In this document: positions 1 to 13,600 of the stretch, piece after piece
Position numbering within the stretch: position 1 is the stretch's first letter
Layout of the letters: each line of letters starts with the position of its first letter
NCBI GenBank assembly: GCA_000182565.2
Contig: KQ257467.1
Reading direction: 5' to 3' (one strand)
Source of the DNA: Spizellomyces punctatus DAOM BR117
Taxonomy: Eukaryota
DNA: 64,000 bases
Notes under the pieces: generated by a model
The model's input: only the letters and a program-made list of their open reading frames with translations
Told to the model about the DNA's origin: nothing
Databases searched by the model: none
Translations under genes and position numbers: made by a program

Positions 1-307
1 AAACGTGGTCTTTGACGACAGGTAGGCGCCGTTAATGTTTGCGGCCACATGCTTGGCGACGTTGGGAACGGATGACTTGGGGGCTCCAGCGGACGCGGCG
101 CCCAATACACGCGGAATGCCCGTTGCCGGTCGTGAGACCCAAGAGCGAGAGGACAAAAGGGAAGGGGCCACCTTGCTCGCCATGATTTCAAAAAGTTGGA
201 AGGTAAAAAATCCAATCAGGTTCAGGCGTTGAAAACCGTTGCAAAAGGTTTTGTTGCTTGCCTGACTCTTCCGATGCGAAATAATTTCGGATGGGCGCGG
301 GGGATTA

Positions 308-343
308 TCACGTGAAATGACTCACGCTATGCTAGGTCACGTG
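308..343. promoter_or_regulatory. Two CACGTG E-boxes flanking an AP-1/Gcn4-type TGACTCA site upstream of PFK
   Basis: TCACGTGA 308-315, TGACTCA 318-324 and TCACGTG 337-343, about 95-130 nt before the PFK ATG (437). Function is inferred from the motif matches only. Confidence 0.5.
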
Positions 344-436
344 GACAGGATTGCACAATCCAACAGATCCGATAAGGTTCGCGTGAAATCCGCCCTCGGC
401 TTGGCCATCGTTTTTGCCATTGAAAACTTGTGTGTG

Positions 437-3400
437 ATGGCCCCCATCTCTGCGCTTTCCCATCTGACTCTAACGGCTCCCAATAGGAGACTCCACGAAG
501 AGTCTCTCAATTTCTATAGTCGCCTGGGATTCAAGGCCATTTCTCAGGAAACAGACGACGTATGGTTGCACTTGTTCCCGCCTCCGAGTGCCAAGCACGG
601 CGCTGGCTTCACGTTGCATTTGATAGTGGACAATGTACCTACGTTTGATGAAAGCACCTTTCAAAGGAAATGGAAAAAGACAGCAGACTCTTTAACCGAC
701 GACAAGGTCGGATACGCGTCTTGGGGCTGTTTTGTCGTCGACGACGTACAGGTGAGTGGATATCGACCGTAGGTGATAGCCAGCAGAGGTGCTACCTCAG
801 AGAGCATTGTGATTCTATCAACGTAAATTATATTGGAGGGGCGAGAGAACTTGCCATTCTTTAAGAACAAAGACGTCAGATTGTCCTGCAAAGACATGCA
901 TCTGTTCTTATTTGTATATCCGTCATCAGGCAATCCAAGCTGAATTGGACAAAACCAATTACCCTTACAAAGTGTCCAGCCTTCAATACTCACAACTTTG
1001 GACGTCTCAACGGGTCACTTCCCACTCGCACATTACTGGTCCCGCCAGCGAAACCCCACAGACAGAAGCGGTTGCACTCCAGACATATGATCCTATAGGT
1101 AACCTTCTGACTTTCACGAACCGCGCGTCTCCTTTTGGAACGGGAAAGGTGGATGCCGTTGCAGTATCCCAAACATCCTTGGCCTCTATAGCTACCGTGG
1201 ATGGCATCCCAACCGCGTCAACGGACGAAGGGAAACCACGGCAGCGCAAGCGAATTGGAATTCTAACCAGCGGTGGTGATTCGTCAGGAATGAACGCTGC
1301 TGTCAGATCCATCACTAGAGTAGCGTTACAGCGTGGGTGTGTTCCATTCGCCATTTATGAAGGATACCAAGGTCTGGTTGATGGCGGTAACTACATCAAG
1401 CGTCTTGGCTGGGAAGATGTTCGTAGTCTGCTTGCAGTCGGAGGCACTTCCATTGGTACAGCTCGCTGTGCGGACTTTCGTACTCGAGAGGGGCGTTTGA
1501 AAGCAGTATATAATCTCATTACAAACGGAATTGATGCATTGGTGGTAATTGGGGGCGACGGGTCCCTTACAGGAGCTGATATGTTGAGAGCAGAATGGAA
1601 GGGTTTGGTAGATGAGCTCGTGGCTCTTGGAAAAATAAAGGAAGATGAGTGTCAGCATTTACGGGAAGATCTTACCATCGTTGGCATGGTTGGGTCAATC
1701 GACAACGACATGTCGTCCACAGACATTACCATTGGTGCCGTAACCTCGCTCCATCGAATTTGCGAGGCTGTCGATAACCTCACCTCGACGGCACTATCTC
1801 ATCAGCGTGCCTTTGTTGTGGAGGTCATGGGCCGTCATTGCGGTTGGCTAGGGTTGATGGCGGGTATCGCTGTTGGCGCAGATTGGGTGTTTCTACCCGA
1901 AAGGCCTCCTCCACTAGACGATGCTCGCTACGGTGACGATTGGGAGACTGAAATGTGTGATACCATAAAGAAATACCGAAGCAGGGGCAACCGCAAATCC
2001 CTCGTAATTGTATGTGAAGGTGCCATCGATCGTCAGTTGAACCCGATAAAGGCAGACTATGTACAGAAAGTTTTAACTGAAAGGCTTCATTTGGACACAC
2101 GTGTTACTTGCCTCGGTCATGTACAACGGGGTGGGACTCCATGCGCATACGACAGGTTTCTGGTAAGGGGAAAACATTAGACCACCTGCTGTGTGAATAC
2201 ATTTCTAACTTATATGTGTCATATAAATAGGCGACGGTTCAGGGAGTGGAGGCGGTGGAAGCGGTGCTGCGTTCCAAGCCTGGGGTTCCTGCACCGATGA
2301 TTGGCATTAGTCATAACAAGATCACCGCCGTTCCGTTGATGGAGGCAGTGCAGTTGGTACGAAGGTAAAATCGTTATTGGCTGCGAAGAATATCACTAAA
2401 TTTTTGCGTATCAACACAGACACATGCAGTGGGAGAGGCAATTAAGAAAAAAGACTTTGCTCGAGCTATGGAGTTACGCGATCCCTCGTTTACTGCCATT
2501 TATGATGCCTTTTTAGAGACAACCATCTTCTCACAAGGCAAAAATCAGCCTGGTCCCGACGGGCAGGTACAATACCGTACATTGCTACTATTGGCGCTGA
2601 CATACTGATCTGATGACGCCGTTGTCGATTAGAGACTTCGCATTGGAATCATTCACACTGGTGCCCCAGCGGGTGGAATGAATGCAGCCACCCGTACGGT
2701 GGCACGTCTTTGCCTGAACCGAGGACATGTACCTATTGGAATTCGCAATGGGTTTTCCGGTTTGATTCGGGACGAGGTTGCACTGTTGAAATGGAATGAC
2801 ACTGTGGGGTGGCAGGTTCGCGGTGGCTCTGAACTGGGCACTAACCGCGACCATCCGCAACCTCTACCGGGCGGACCAAAGATTGCTCCCAAGGGGGATG
2901 GGGAATTCGTTGATCTCGGTCTCATCGCATATCACATGCAGAAGCATGACATTCAGGCTTTGTTGATTGTGGGCGGATTTGAAGCGTACACAGCGCAGCT
3001 CACGTTGACGCACGCTCGAAGCGTGTTCCCAGCATTTTGCATACCAATGATTCAACTTCCAGCTACGGTTTCTAACAATGTTCCTGGCACGGATTACTCC
3101 ATTGGCAGTGACACGGCATTGAATGCCATTGTGGAAGCTTGCGACCGTATCAAATTGAGTGCGAATGCTAGCAGAAAAAGAGTTTTTGTTGTGGAGGTTC
3201 AGGGCGGAAACTGCGGGTATGTGTCATGGTCAGATTATGTTCCCCCCACGCAGTTCTCATGAGTGTCAATTTGCAGGTATCTCGCTACGCTTGGGGGCCT
3301 GACAACAGGGGCCACCACGGTATATATCCCCGAAGAAGGAGTGAATATCGACAAACTTCAAAGCGACATTCGTCATCTCTGTAAACGTTATACAGAGGAA

Positions 3401-3961
3401 GATCGGTGGGGTATACCTAATGAAGGTCGTGTTATTCTTCGGTCTGAAATGGCGTCAAGCACGTACACCACCGACGTGATTTCGAACATTTTACGCGCAG
3501 AAGGGAAAGGTTTATTTGACTCTCGTACTGCGGTTCTTGGTCACCTGCAACAAGGTGGGGTACCCAGTCCGCTGGATCGTATCCGGGCGACTCACCTAGC
3601 CGTGAACTGTGTCAATTGGCTTGAAAAGGCTGCCGCTGCCGCAGGCGAGGCTCTGGCCCACACGCCCGTAGCTGGTGCCAGTTCTGTGTACACAAAACAA
3701 CCGAGTCATAGCTGCATCATCGGGATTGTCGGTGCTGAAACAGTGTATACCCCAGTGGAAGACATTCTCAAGGAAGCAGATGTGAAAGCTCGACGTGGCA
3801 AAGACCAATGGTGGATGGGCTTCAACCGTTTGATTCGGGTCTTATCAAAGTATGAATACTCCGCGGATGTAGTAGATACCGACACAGTGGATCTCCTTAG
3901 GAACAGAGACCCTTCGAGGACAATGCCGAAACACTCTCACAGCGAATCTGATGATCGCTGA
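437..3961 (+). CDS. PFK1: ATP-dependent 6-phosphofructokinase, eukaryotic two-half type, with an N-terminal glyoxalase-like extension; spliced
   Basis: N-half motifs [44 protein letters not shown] and LGHVQRGG; C-half motifs [20 protein letters not shown] and [11 protein letters not shown] 437 ([10 protein letters not shown]), first intron 752-929, stop at 3961. Confidence 0.96.
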
Positions 3962-4185
3962 GAGACATATTCGGCACGGACCGATTTAGATAGTAGTAAC
4001 AGCATTATCCTCAAATCAAGAGACTTGAGTTGCCGCATCAACACTCATACAATCGCACACCGTCCTCTGAACGGCAAATTCAATATAGTTTTGAATATCA
4101 ATTTTCAACATTAAATGGAGCATATTTTTTCGAATTCGTTTATTGGAAGCCCTATACATCACTAACCCAGACCTCAATAAACATT

Positions 4186-4954
4186 TTATTCGGCAGGGAT
4201 TTCAATTTCCTGCATGCGAATATGAATATTAGCACACTTGAGCCAGCTCCCTTAAACTTCAGATAGTAAACGTACCCCAGAGGCAACTTTCTCGCTGATG
4301 TCCTGAGGAGATTGACCTTCGACTGTGCAGCCAACGGAGAAGGCAGTACCGAGAATTTCCCGGACGGTACCCTTCAATTCCTTGGCGTACGACTTGAATC
4401 GCATCTTACGAGCAACATCAATGATTTGGTCAAGCGTGAGGTTGCCAGTGTGTTTGACTGACGGGATGCGGTGTAAGTACATATCATGAACTGCCATTTT
4501 AGCCAGTTAATACATACTGTTCTTCTCCTTCTTACGGTCCCTTGGGGGCTCCTTCAAAGCCTGGATGACCAAAGATGAAGCACTTGGGAGCACCTCCACC
4601 GCCGCTTGACGGTTCTGGATCACCAATCGGACAGTGATCCTGAGGCCTTTGTATTCCTTGGTAGCCTTGGCGATGTCTTCACCGACCTTTTTGGGAGACT
4701 GTAGAGAGCGCATCATTAAGATTGTCGTTCGTCATCAACTCCATACATTGTCAGTCAGTACGTACCAGACCAAGAGGACCGATCTTGGGAGCCAAGGCCG
4801 AACCACCAGCAACTTCACCACCAGTCGTACGAAGGACGACTAAGGATATTCAGAAATTAAGTGTTCAGTCTAAGCGGTCCCAAAAAATGTCGGCACTATG
4901 GTATTGCCTTCACTTACCGTAGCTAACGGCGGAGGGGTCAAACTTGGGTGGCAT
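4186..4954 (-). CDS. RPL12: 60S ribosomal protein L12 (uL11); spliced
   Basis: MPPKFDP start at 4954; exons encode [43 protein letters not shown] and [13 protein letters not shown]; last exon EIEIPAE* ends at 4186. Confidence 0.97.
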
Positions 4955-5263
4955 GATTGACTACAAAACACGGGAAGAGAAGCAGGGGTTCAGTCCAACT
5001 GAGTAGTAAGAAGCGTTTCTTCTATGATCCCATTAATATCCGATGTCCTCAAATCGACGTCCACTGGTCATTTCTGGGGATGCAGCGACCTTCCAACGAG
5101 ATCGCCAATCTCAAACCATGTCGCTCGCTCCTTGACCCAGAAGAATACTACTCCACCCGACAATGGTGCACACAGTCTCGTTTTGCTGTTCGCCAATAAA
5201 ATCCAGGTCGCTCTCCAAAGTCATTTCAATCTCGCCATCCCCCATGCACCTCCAACTCTTCCT

Positions 5264-5296
5264 ATCCATCCCATCCATCCCATCCATCCATCCATC
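5264..5296. repeat. Imperfect (CCAT)n microsatellite in the RPL12/NEO1 divergent intergenic region
   Basis: atccatcccatccatcccatccatccatccatc read directly. Confidence 0.85.
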
Positions 5297-5624
5297 TCTT
5301 CAGTGTCATTCTAACCCCGAATACATGCAGCGCATCTCTGCCCACCCTCCGCAGGACCCGTAGAGGCAGCAACGTACCTAAGAGTCTGTGTGGGAGCACG
5401 CAAGCACTGCTAAATCTCGCGTAGATGCTCTTTTGCCGCAGGACCCAAGCGCTGAACGGAAAGGCCTAAAATGCTTCAAGTCATAGATCACATGATCAGA
5501 GGCTTAGTTATGACTCATTCAACTGCCAGTACGCGCGCAGGCGGCTTTCCAACATTGCTGCTTGTCGGGACACTTGAACAAACGTTCAATGTACCCTAGA
5601 CGGGGGAGAGGCAATCGAAGTGCG

Positions 5625-8600
5625 ATGGAAATACAGCTAAAGACTTTATTACCTGACAAAATGGCACATAAGCATCGCGTATCGGGCTCGGAAGATGATT
5701 CATCACCACTAATGGACGAAGAGGCCTTGTCGTCCTCCTCTCACGATGTATGTGCCACTTGGTCGAACTTTTTATTTGCACATTATCAATACGCAGCCGT
5801 TGGGTTGGGGGTTGCGATTATGAATACAAGAATGATATTCATTGATTGTGATCATTGATATGGGAGGAATATCCGACCGATTCACTGTTGAATTCCTCCA
5901 CTTAGTCGTTACCAATACATACCGGCGAACAAAGGCGAGCTGCGCCATCGAAACATAGAACCTGGATCAAGCGGCTGATTACAGGAAGTGGTCCTTCTAA
6001 AACCCCGAGAACCATACCTCTTGCTGGTGAGAGCGCCATACGCCGCAACAGAAGACTTTTCCACCATCATCTTGACGAGATTCGTTGGGTTTGCATGCTT
6101 CTATTGTAGGAAATGTACCTAGCGAAAAATACCCTCCCAACGTCATCAAGAATCAAAAATACAATGTGGTCACGTTCTTACCTATAGTCCTATATGAGCA
6201 GGTTCGCTTTATTTTTATTTTGTGTACGGAAAGTTACATGTTTTAATCTCCACTATCATTAGTTCAAGTTCTTTTTTAATTTATACTTCTTGCTCGTCGC
6301 TCTATCGCAGTTCATTCCTGCCTTGAAAATTGGTAAGAGGCTGAAAGCAGCCTCCTTCGTACGCAAACGGCCTTTTATTTATACATCAACTTATGTGACA
6401 GGATATCTTTTTACATACTTTGCCCCGCTCTCGTTTGTTTTGGTAGTTACCATTGGAAAGGAAGCCTGGGATGACTGGAAGCGGTATAAACGAGATCAAG
6501 TAAGGGAATTGTTGATTGTCTTGAGGGTGGAGAAAGGCATTGACCGAGAGCAGGAAGCAAATTCCCAAGTATACCAAAAGCTTACGAGCTCGGGATACCA
6601 GGGCACTCCCAGCTCTGAAATCAAAGTAGGAGATCTAGTATTGATAGAGAAAAACCAGAGGGTAAACGGAATGTTTGCAACCAGTATACTTGGGCCATGA
6701 GCTGAAGTGTATTTTGGACACCGATAGGTTCCCGCTGATTGCATACTATTGCGAACCACAGAGTCCGGCGGGGCATGCTTCATTCGCACTGATCAGCTTG
6801 ACGGGGAAACTGACTGGAAGTTAAGGTAAGATACACCTGGGTCTCGTCATGCGATTCATTCCTCAATGTATGAACAGAATAGCAGTACCATATACCCAGA
6901 AGCTTGCAAACGACCAAGCGCTGTTGCGCTTACGTGCATTTGTTTATGGTGAGGATGAGGATACTGCGTATGGTGTTTAAGAACCAGCCCATCTGATTGA
7001 CCGCTGACTCCAAAATAAAATAGCTGAAAAGCCTCACAAAGATATTCACACCTTTGTGGGAAACCTTAGTGTCGAAACCCCTACGGTTGGTGCTGTGTAT
7101 CGTGACTTAGTAGTGCATATCATACAGAGCCTGATAGCAACGCCTGAATTTGACATTAGGGAGATCAGGTAGAACCGCTCAGCGTCGAGAACACCCTTTG
7201 GACCAACACAGTAGTTGCCTCGGGCCAGGCTATTGCAATGGTTATGTACACTGGCGTCGACACCCGCGCAGTGATGAACACAAGTTTTCCCAGCACAAAA
7301 GTAGGGCAGCTTGATCTCGAGATCAATCGACTCTCCAAAGTGAGTAGTTGTGTGGGTCTATGCTCCAAATGTCCATCAGCGTCCTGATGCGGTAAGCGAA
7401 ATAGATTCTAGCCGCAGTAACATTCGTGCTCTCGATCACCATGGTTGCATTGAATGGATTCCGAGGTTTATGGTATATCTATATGTTCCGTTTCCTCATT
7501 TTGTTCTCTTCGATCATTCCCATCAGGTAAGGAAACTTAGTTATGAGCACGCGACGTAAAGGGGTGCTAATTCATTTTACGCAGCTTGAGAGTCAACCTA
7601 GACATGGGGAAAACGGTGTATTCTATGCAGATCATGCGAGATAACAGTATACCAGACACAGTTGTTCGAACAAGTACGATTCCGGAGGAGCTAGGTCGAA
7701 TAGGATACCTTTTGACTGACAAAACTGGCACTCTCACGAAGAATGGTAGGCGCATATACCAACAATTCGACGCTACCGGTGTCATCAATGCGCTTGACAT
7801 TTTTAGATATGGAACTTAAGCGTCTGCACATGGGAACAATGTCTTATGGGGGCGAATCAATGGAGGATGTACGCGGGCTTGTGCAAACTGCATATAGCGC
7901 CCGTCAAGGTAAGCAGAATAGGATTCGCTTAGAGGACTCCTAGGTTAGCGTCCGCAAGTTTTGGCACTTCCTTGACAAGTGCCTTGTCAGGTACGGAAGG
8001 TTCCGCATTCCGCTTTAAGCGTGCTCGCGATATCGCCTCTCGAGTTCGAGATATAGTGCAGGCCCTTGCACTTTGCCACAATGTGAGACATGGTCGACTT
8101 TATACAGCGCTTGATTTTTTGCTCTAACATGATAATATAGGTGACTCCTGTGATTGCGGATGACGGTGAAATAACCTATCAGGCCTCATCCCCAGACGAG
8201 GTAGCAATTGTAAAGTGGACCGAATCAATTGGCCTGACGCTTTACTTTCGGGACCGCAATGTCATACGCATTCGCACACCTGATGGTCAGATGCTGGATT
8301 TCCAAATCATTGAACTATTTCCGTTCACGTCCGAAACAAAGCGCATGGGCATTATTGTCAAGGATACAGCGACCGGCGAGATCTTTTTTTACCAGAAAGG
8401 CGCCGATGCTATTATGAGCAAGATAGTGCAGTATAATGACTGGTTGGACGAAGAATGTGGAAATATGGCAAGGGAGGGCCTGCGGACGTTGGTGATTGGA
8501 AGGAAACGGCTCTCAGAAGAAGCACTCCGGGAATTTCAGAGGAGGTATATTTACGTCGGAGTATCGTTTACCGATGGGATGAATTCTCAGTACCATCTGC

Positions 8601-10579
8601 ATTCTGTAGGTATTCTGAGGCTAAAATTAGCGTGGGTGACCGAAACAATATTATGCAGCAAGTCGTTTCAGAAACGTTGGAGTGCGACTTGGAGCTTTTA
8701 GGGTTGACTGGAGTTGAGGATAAACTGCAGGTATGTGGATAGCTCGGCAGGTTTCGTTGGGAGAGACCGGTATTTGACAACTATTGTTAGGATGGCGTGA
8801 AGACAACATTGGAGCTTTTGCGAAATGCTGGCCTTCGAGTCTGGATGCTTACAGGTAACCGGACGAACCTTCTCGGACCGATACTGGATACAGTCAACTC
8901 ACATGTGCCTAGGTGATAAAATCGAAACTGCCACCTGCATCGCCGTGTCTTGCAAGCTCGTTTCACGCAATCAAGCCATTCACCAGATCGCTAAAAGTAA
9001 GTGCGCTCGTACGGTGCTGACCCATCTAAAAAGAGCTGATTTGGCATTGTAGTGACCAATTCTATGGAGGCCATGGAAGAATTAAGTCTCCTTCAAGGAA
9101 AGACTGATTGCTGCCTGGTAATCGATGGAGAGTCCCTACATGTATGTTACCTTCGTTGCGGCTGTGTGCCCATGTTTGATGTTTATTAATGTCCAAATCC
9201 ATTTCTGTAGACTTACTTGGATCGCCACCACCTTGAGTTCATCCAAGTCGCTATTCGCTTGCCGGCCGTCGTCTGTTGTCGCTGCTCGCCAACGCAGAAA
9301 GCGGAAATAACGAAACTTATCAAGAAGTATACTGGCCAGCGCACATGCGCTATCGGAGACGGAGGCAACGATGTATCAATGATCCAGGCAGCGCACGTGG
9401 GAGTGGGAATAGTTGGCAAGGAGGGGAAACAGGCGTCACTGGCCGCCGATTTCTCAGTGACTCAGTTCAGCCATTTGACTCGACTACTACTATGGCACGG
9501 GCGAAATAGCTGTGCGTTCACGGTCGTCCGTTCATATTCCTCCTGACGACTTATCTTACGTGCTATTTATCTTTGTAGATAAGCGGTCGGCCAAATTGAG
9601 CCAATTCGTTATACATCGGGGTCTGATTATATCCATTATGCAAGCCGTATTCTCAGCCATTTTCTATTTCGCTCCAATTGCGCTATACCAGGTAACATTC
9701 GTAATGTTCAGTACCTGCATGTCATGTAAGTTATTGAATCTTCCGATTTGATAGGGCCTTCTGCTTGTTGGGTAAGATGTTGTTCTTCCACTCTGGAGTT
9801 AAACGTTTTACGAAACTTGGGTAAACTAGATACGCGACGGTCTTTACCATGGCACCCGTCTTCTCCTTGGTGCTTGACAAGGACGTCAGTGAAGACACTG
9901 CGTTGCTATATCCTGAGCTCTATAAGGAATTGCGGAAGGTAGATCAAAGAACGGTGCAATCGCGTTGGTTTGATGTTTATCATTCCTATGGCATAGGGTC
10001 GCTCGTTGTCGTTCAAAACTTTTTTCATTTGGCTTACGATTAGCGTGTATCAAGGTACGCTTTTGCCGCGCCTGTAGCATGTGAGTATTGCTAACGATCG
10101 CATCCTTGTTGGCTATAGGCGGTGTAATTATGATGCTTGCTACTTGGCTGTTCGAGGACGAGTTCATCAACATCGTATCAATTTCTTTTACGGCACTTAT
10201 TTTTAATGAGCTGCTAATGGTTGCCTTAGAGATCAACACCTGGTACGTCTCCAGTGGTGCTGGTTTCATAGTCCTATTTTGTGCTGATTTATCTCCAAGG
10301 CACCCTTACATGGTATATTCTGAGGTCATAACGGTAGCACTGTACATATCGTCTATGTGGGTGCTGAAGACAGATTTCGGTCAGTGTAACGCATTATGCT
10401 CGATTGACCAGGATAACGCTGAACATCCACGTTTATCCTTAGATCTGACATTTATTCTCACCACTACATTTATTTGGAAAACCGCTGTGATAACCGCTGT
10501 GAGCAGCTTTCCACTGTACATATTGAAGTTCCTGAAGTGGAGGTGGAATCCGCCTAGTTATACAAAACTTGCAGGATAA
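5625..10579 (+). CDS. NEO1: P4-type ATPase, phospholipid flippase of the NEO1/ATP9 class; more than 20 introns; start codon uncertain (5589, 5625 or 5661)
   Basis: [31 protein letters not shown], phosphorylation motif [63 protein letters not shown] and C-terminal PPSYTKL. Confidence 0.95.
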
Positions 10580-10627
10580 CTGTGTCGATTGATGGTCATT
10601 TACAAAATTTACAAATTATTACACTTT

Positions 10628-13600
10628 CTAACTTGCCGCTGCTCGCAAATAATAAATCCAGACGACATTGCTTTCCCCATGACTAATCATTAACTTTCCC
10701 ACTTTAGATATCGGGCCGGTTACAGTTTTGGCTGGTGTCGTTGTCGGAGCAATGGCTGCAGCTGTGTCCTTGGCTCGTTCGCTTCGTTCTCGACGCGAAG
10801 CGGGCGGCGCTGTCGCTTCTTCTTTTTCACCCTTCTCTGCGTTTGGCGTATAAGGGACGCCCGAAGGCGGTTTGAACGCAATAGAGACCTGTATGGTCTT
10901 TTTGGGTCCAATGGTTTCCGCTGCTTTAACAGCGAATGCAGGATTATCCTAAAAGGACAGACTTTCAATTGATGTCTTGCGAACCACAAGAAAACTATAT
11001 CCATGCTTACCACAATGAAATTAAATGTAGCGCTCGAATTGAAAATATTCTTGAAGGGCAATGACGCTGGTACACCAGGTTTGATGCTGACTGGTCCTTG
11101 GGGACGGGGTGATATGCAATGTCCAAACAATGGACATATGTAATCCCCACCGGTTGGTGAAGATACAATCAACTGCGTGCGTGTGTCCCCCAGTCGGGAT
11201 GGCTCGTATGTTACGTCGATGCAAACCTCACATCCGCTATTGGTGGCTGGTAGATACAATATTAGACAAAGTTCTATCACCCAAAAGACATTCACCTTCG
11301 TACCTGCAGGCACTAAAATCGTTTTTTCCGTGAAAAAGTCGGCACTATCGATTTTGCATGTATATTCTGTTTTCGCTTTGGCAAAGCTTACAAATCGGAA
11401 CGATTGAACTTGGCTACCGCCAAGACCGACTTTAAAATGTAAGCTGCGTTCTGGACCCGCTGGATTTGCTATCAGTTTGAGGTCGTACTGATAGACGCCT
11501 AATTCGCTAGATGATATTGCGAGTCGTGCGGTCGACTCGCGTGGTTGCAAAGGTAGAAACTCAATTGTGCATATGCTTTCAGCTCTATAGATCGCGGTTA
11601 AAGGTTTGAATATTGGGTATGTAGATGTTCGCGAAACTTACCGAGGCTGAACAACCAGTGAATGAGGAACTGTGATGTCCGGATAATTGCATGACACATT
11701 GAAAGCCACTGGGACTGCAAGGGGATTCGCGAGGACAATATCCTTTGTTGTCGCCTGTCGGACAGTGGTGGCGAGTTCAATCGTCGAGATAACCCCGGGT
11801 GACGTGCTCCGGAAGGTCACATTGAAGAACGTAAATTCCTGGGTGGCCTCGTTCTTAAATATGATTCTCGCACCTGTAACTCCTTCCTTGTACGCATAAA
11901 AGGAAAGCTTGTAATCCTTGCTTAAAAGAGACGGCAGGTCGATGAAGTCATGTCCTTTTAAGATTACGCTGGGATCGGGCTTCGCCTGTTCGATTATTAC
12001 TTTTAGACGCTGCGGTTTCTTCAGCCAGTTTGTAACAGATAATATCTCGGTAAACTGCGTCTTTGAAGGGACGTCGCGGGTGATATTGCCAGCAGCTACA
12101 GGTTTATCGGCAGTACCATACAATTTGTACAGCATGCCCGTCCCGTCTGGAAGGGGAAAGAAAATTGATCCCTCGTGCCGTCCACCATCTCCATCGCCGG
12201 TCATTACCAGAGGAGTGAAGGTTATATCGTACGATTTACTCTGGCCGGGCTCTATGTCGATAATTTCTGGTCCGCTCCAGAAGTCATTTTCTATGATCGG
12301 GCGAACATGCCAGTATGTGCTAGTTCTATTCGACAGTGATATGCTCTTTGTATCTGACTGACGTACGGGTGCGGCAAACTTCAGTACTTCATTTTGCACT
12401 GGTGGCGGGATACACATGCCGGTTAAGGTAAGATACAGAGGTGGTATGCCTTCAACATGACATGTCAGATTCTCATAACGGATATCCGGATTCAATTCGG
12501 TCGGGCGGAAGGTTATCTCCAGTGCAATCTCCATGCCTGGAGAGATGTAGCCTTCCGATGGCGAGATGGTGAAATCGGGAGCGAATTTGGACACATCCCA
12601 ATGGAACGTCGCGCCTATGTCCCCAACGTTCTGCATTTGCACACGACGAGCGGCCGTGCTGTGGTAGACTACAGCACCAAATGGAAGCGTTTCATTCTCT
12701 AAACGGACCTCCGTCCCTTGGCAAGCACCGCTAACTATCGCGAGAGACTTTGAAATCCCAGGTGCCTCTAAGCATATCTCCTCCGAAAACGCCGGAATGC
12801 GGGATTGAGGATGAAACCGAACGTCGACGTTGAGGGTACCACGAGGTCGAAGGGTGCAACTGCCGCGAGGAGATAGTTCCACAGAATGTGCCGCAAGACT
12901 TTCAAGAGCAGACGGTGGCCCTATGTTAAAGTTGGCTGGAATGGTGCTATGGTTCACTAACTTCATGGTACGACTAACAGCATGGCCGACTCTCGCTGCA
13001 CCAAAGTTCAATGTCCGCTGTTCTGCATGTAGGGGCTCTACACGAAATTCCGTCCCATTCCCCTTGACGATGAAATCCACCGTTGACAAACCATTGATTT
13101 CGATTTTTATTATTTCAGTATAGGCCACAGAATCTCGCGGATAGAATGATATCTCAAGTGGTGTGGTCTGGCCAGGAGGCAGAGTACTAGCAACTCGTTT
13201 TACATCGAACACAGCTGAATCCAGAGGAAGAATATCGAATAAGATGTCATTCACGTCCTCGTTGGTTAACTCGATCGTAGTCGTAGCAGGGTTCATCCCA
13301 GCTTTGTAGACGAAATGTGTGCCAAAATCGTGTAAGACCTTGGAAAGTTTTAGGAGCGGTCTCACTCCACTTCCGCGGAAAGCAATCTGGTACGATCGAC
13401 CATTTAAAATATGGCATGTGGCTTTCGCCTCCTTCAGGGATACGACTTGTGTTGGTAGGAATGAGACATCGCAGACCATCCGTTCTCCCTTCCGCACAAT
13501 GCCGGTTTCTGGCGTGATACACAACGCTCCACTTCTCTTGCCTTGTAGCTTCCAGTTGAAGTCAAAATTGAATCTTCCAGAATTGATGATAGCAATTCGC

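Noticed and set aside
35-232. 65-aa ORF at the window start
   Set aside because: No motif or splice support; it lies in the PFK upstream region.
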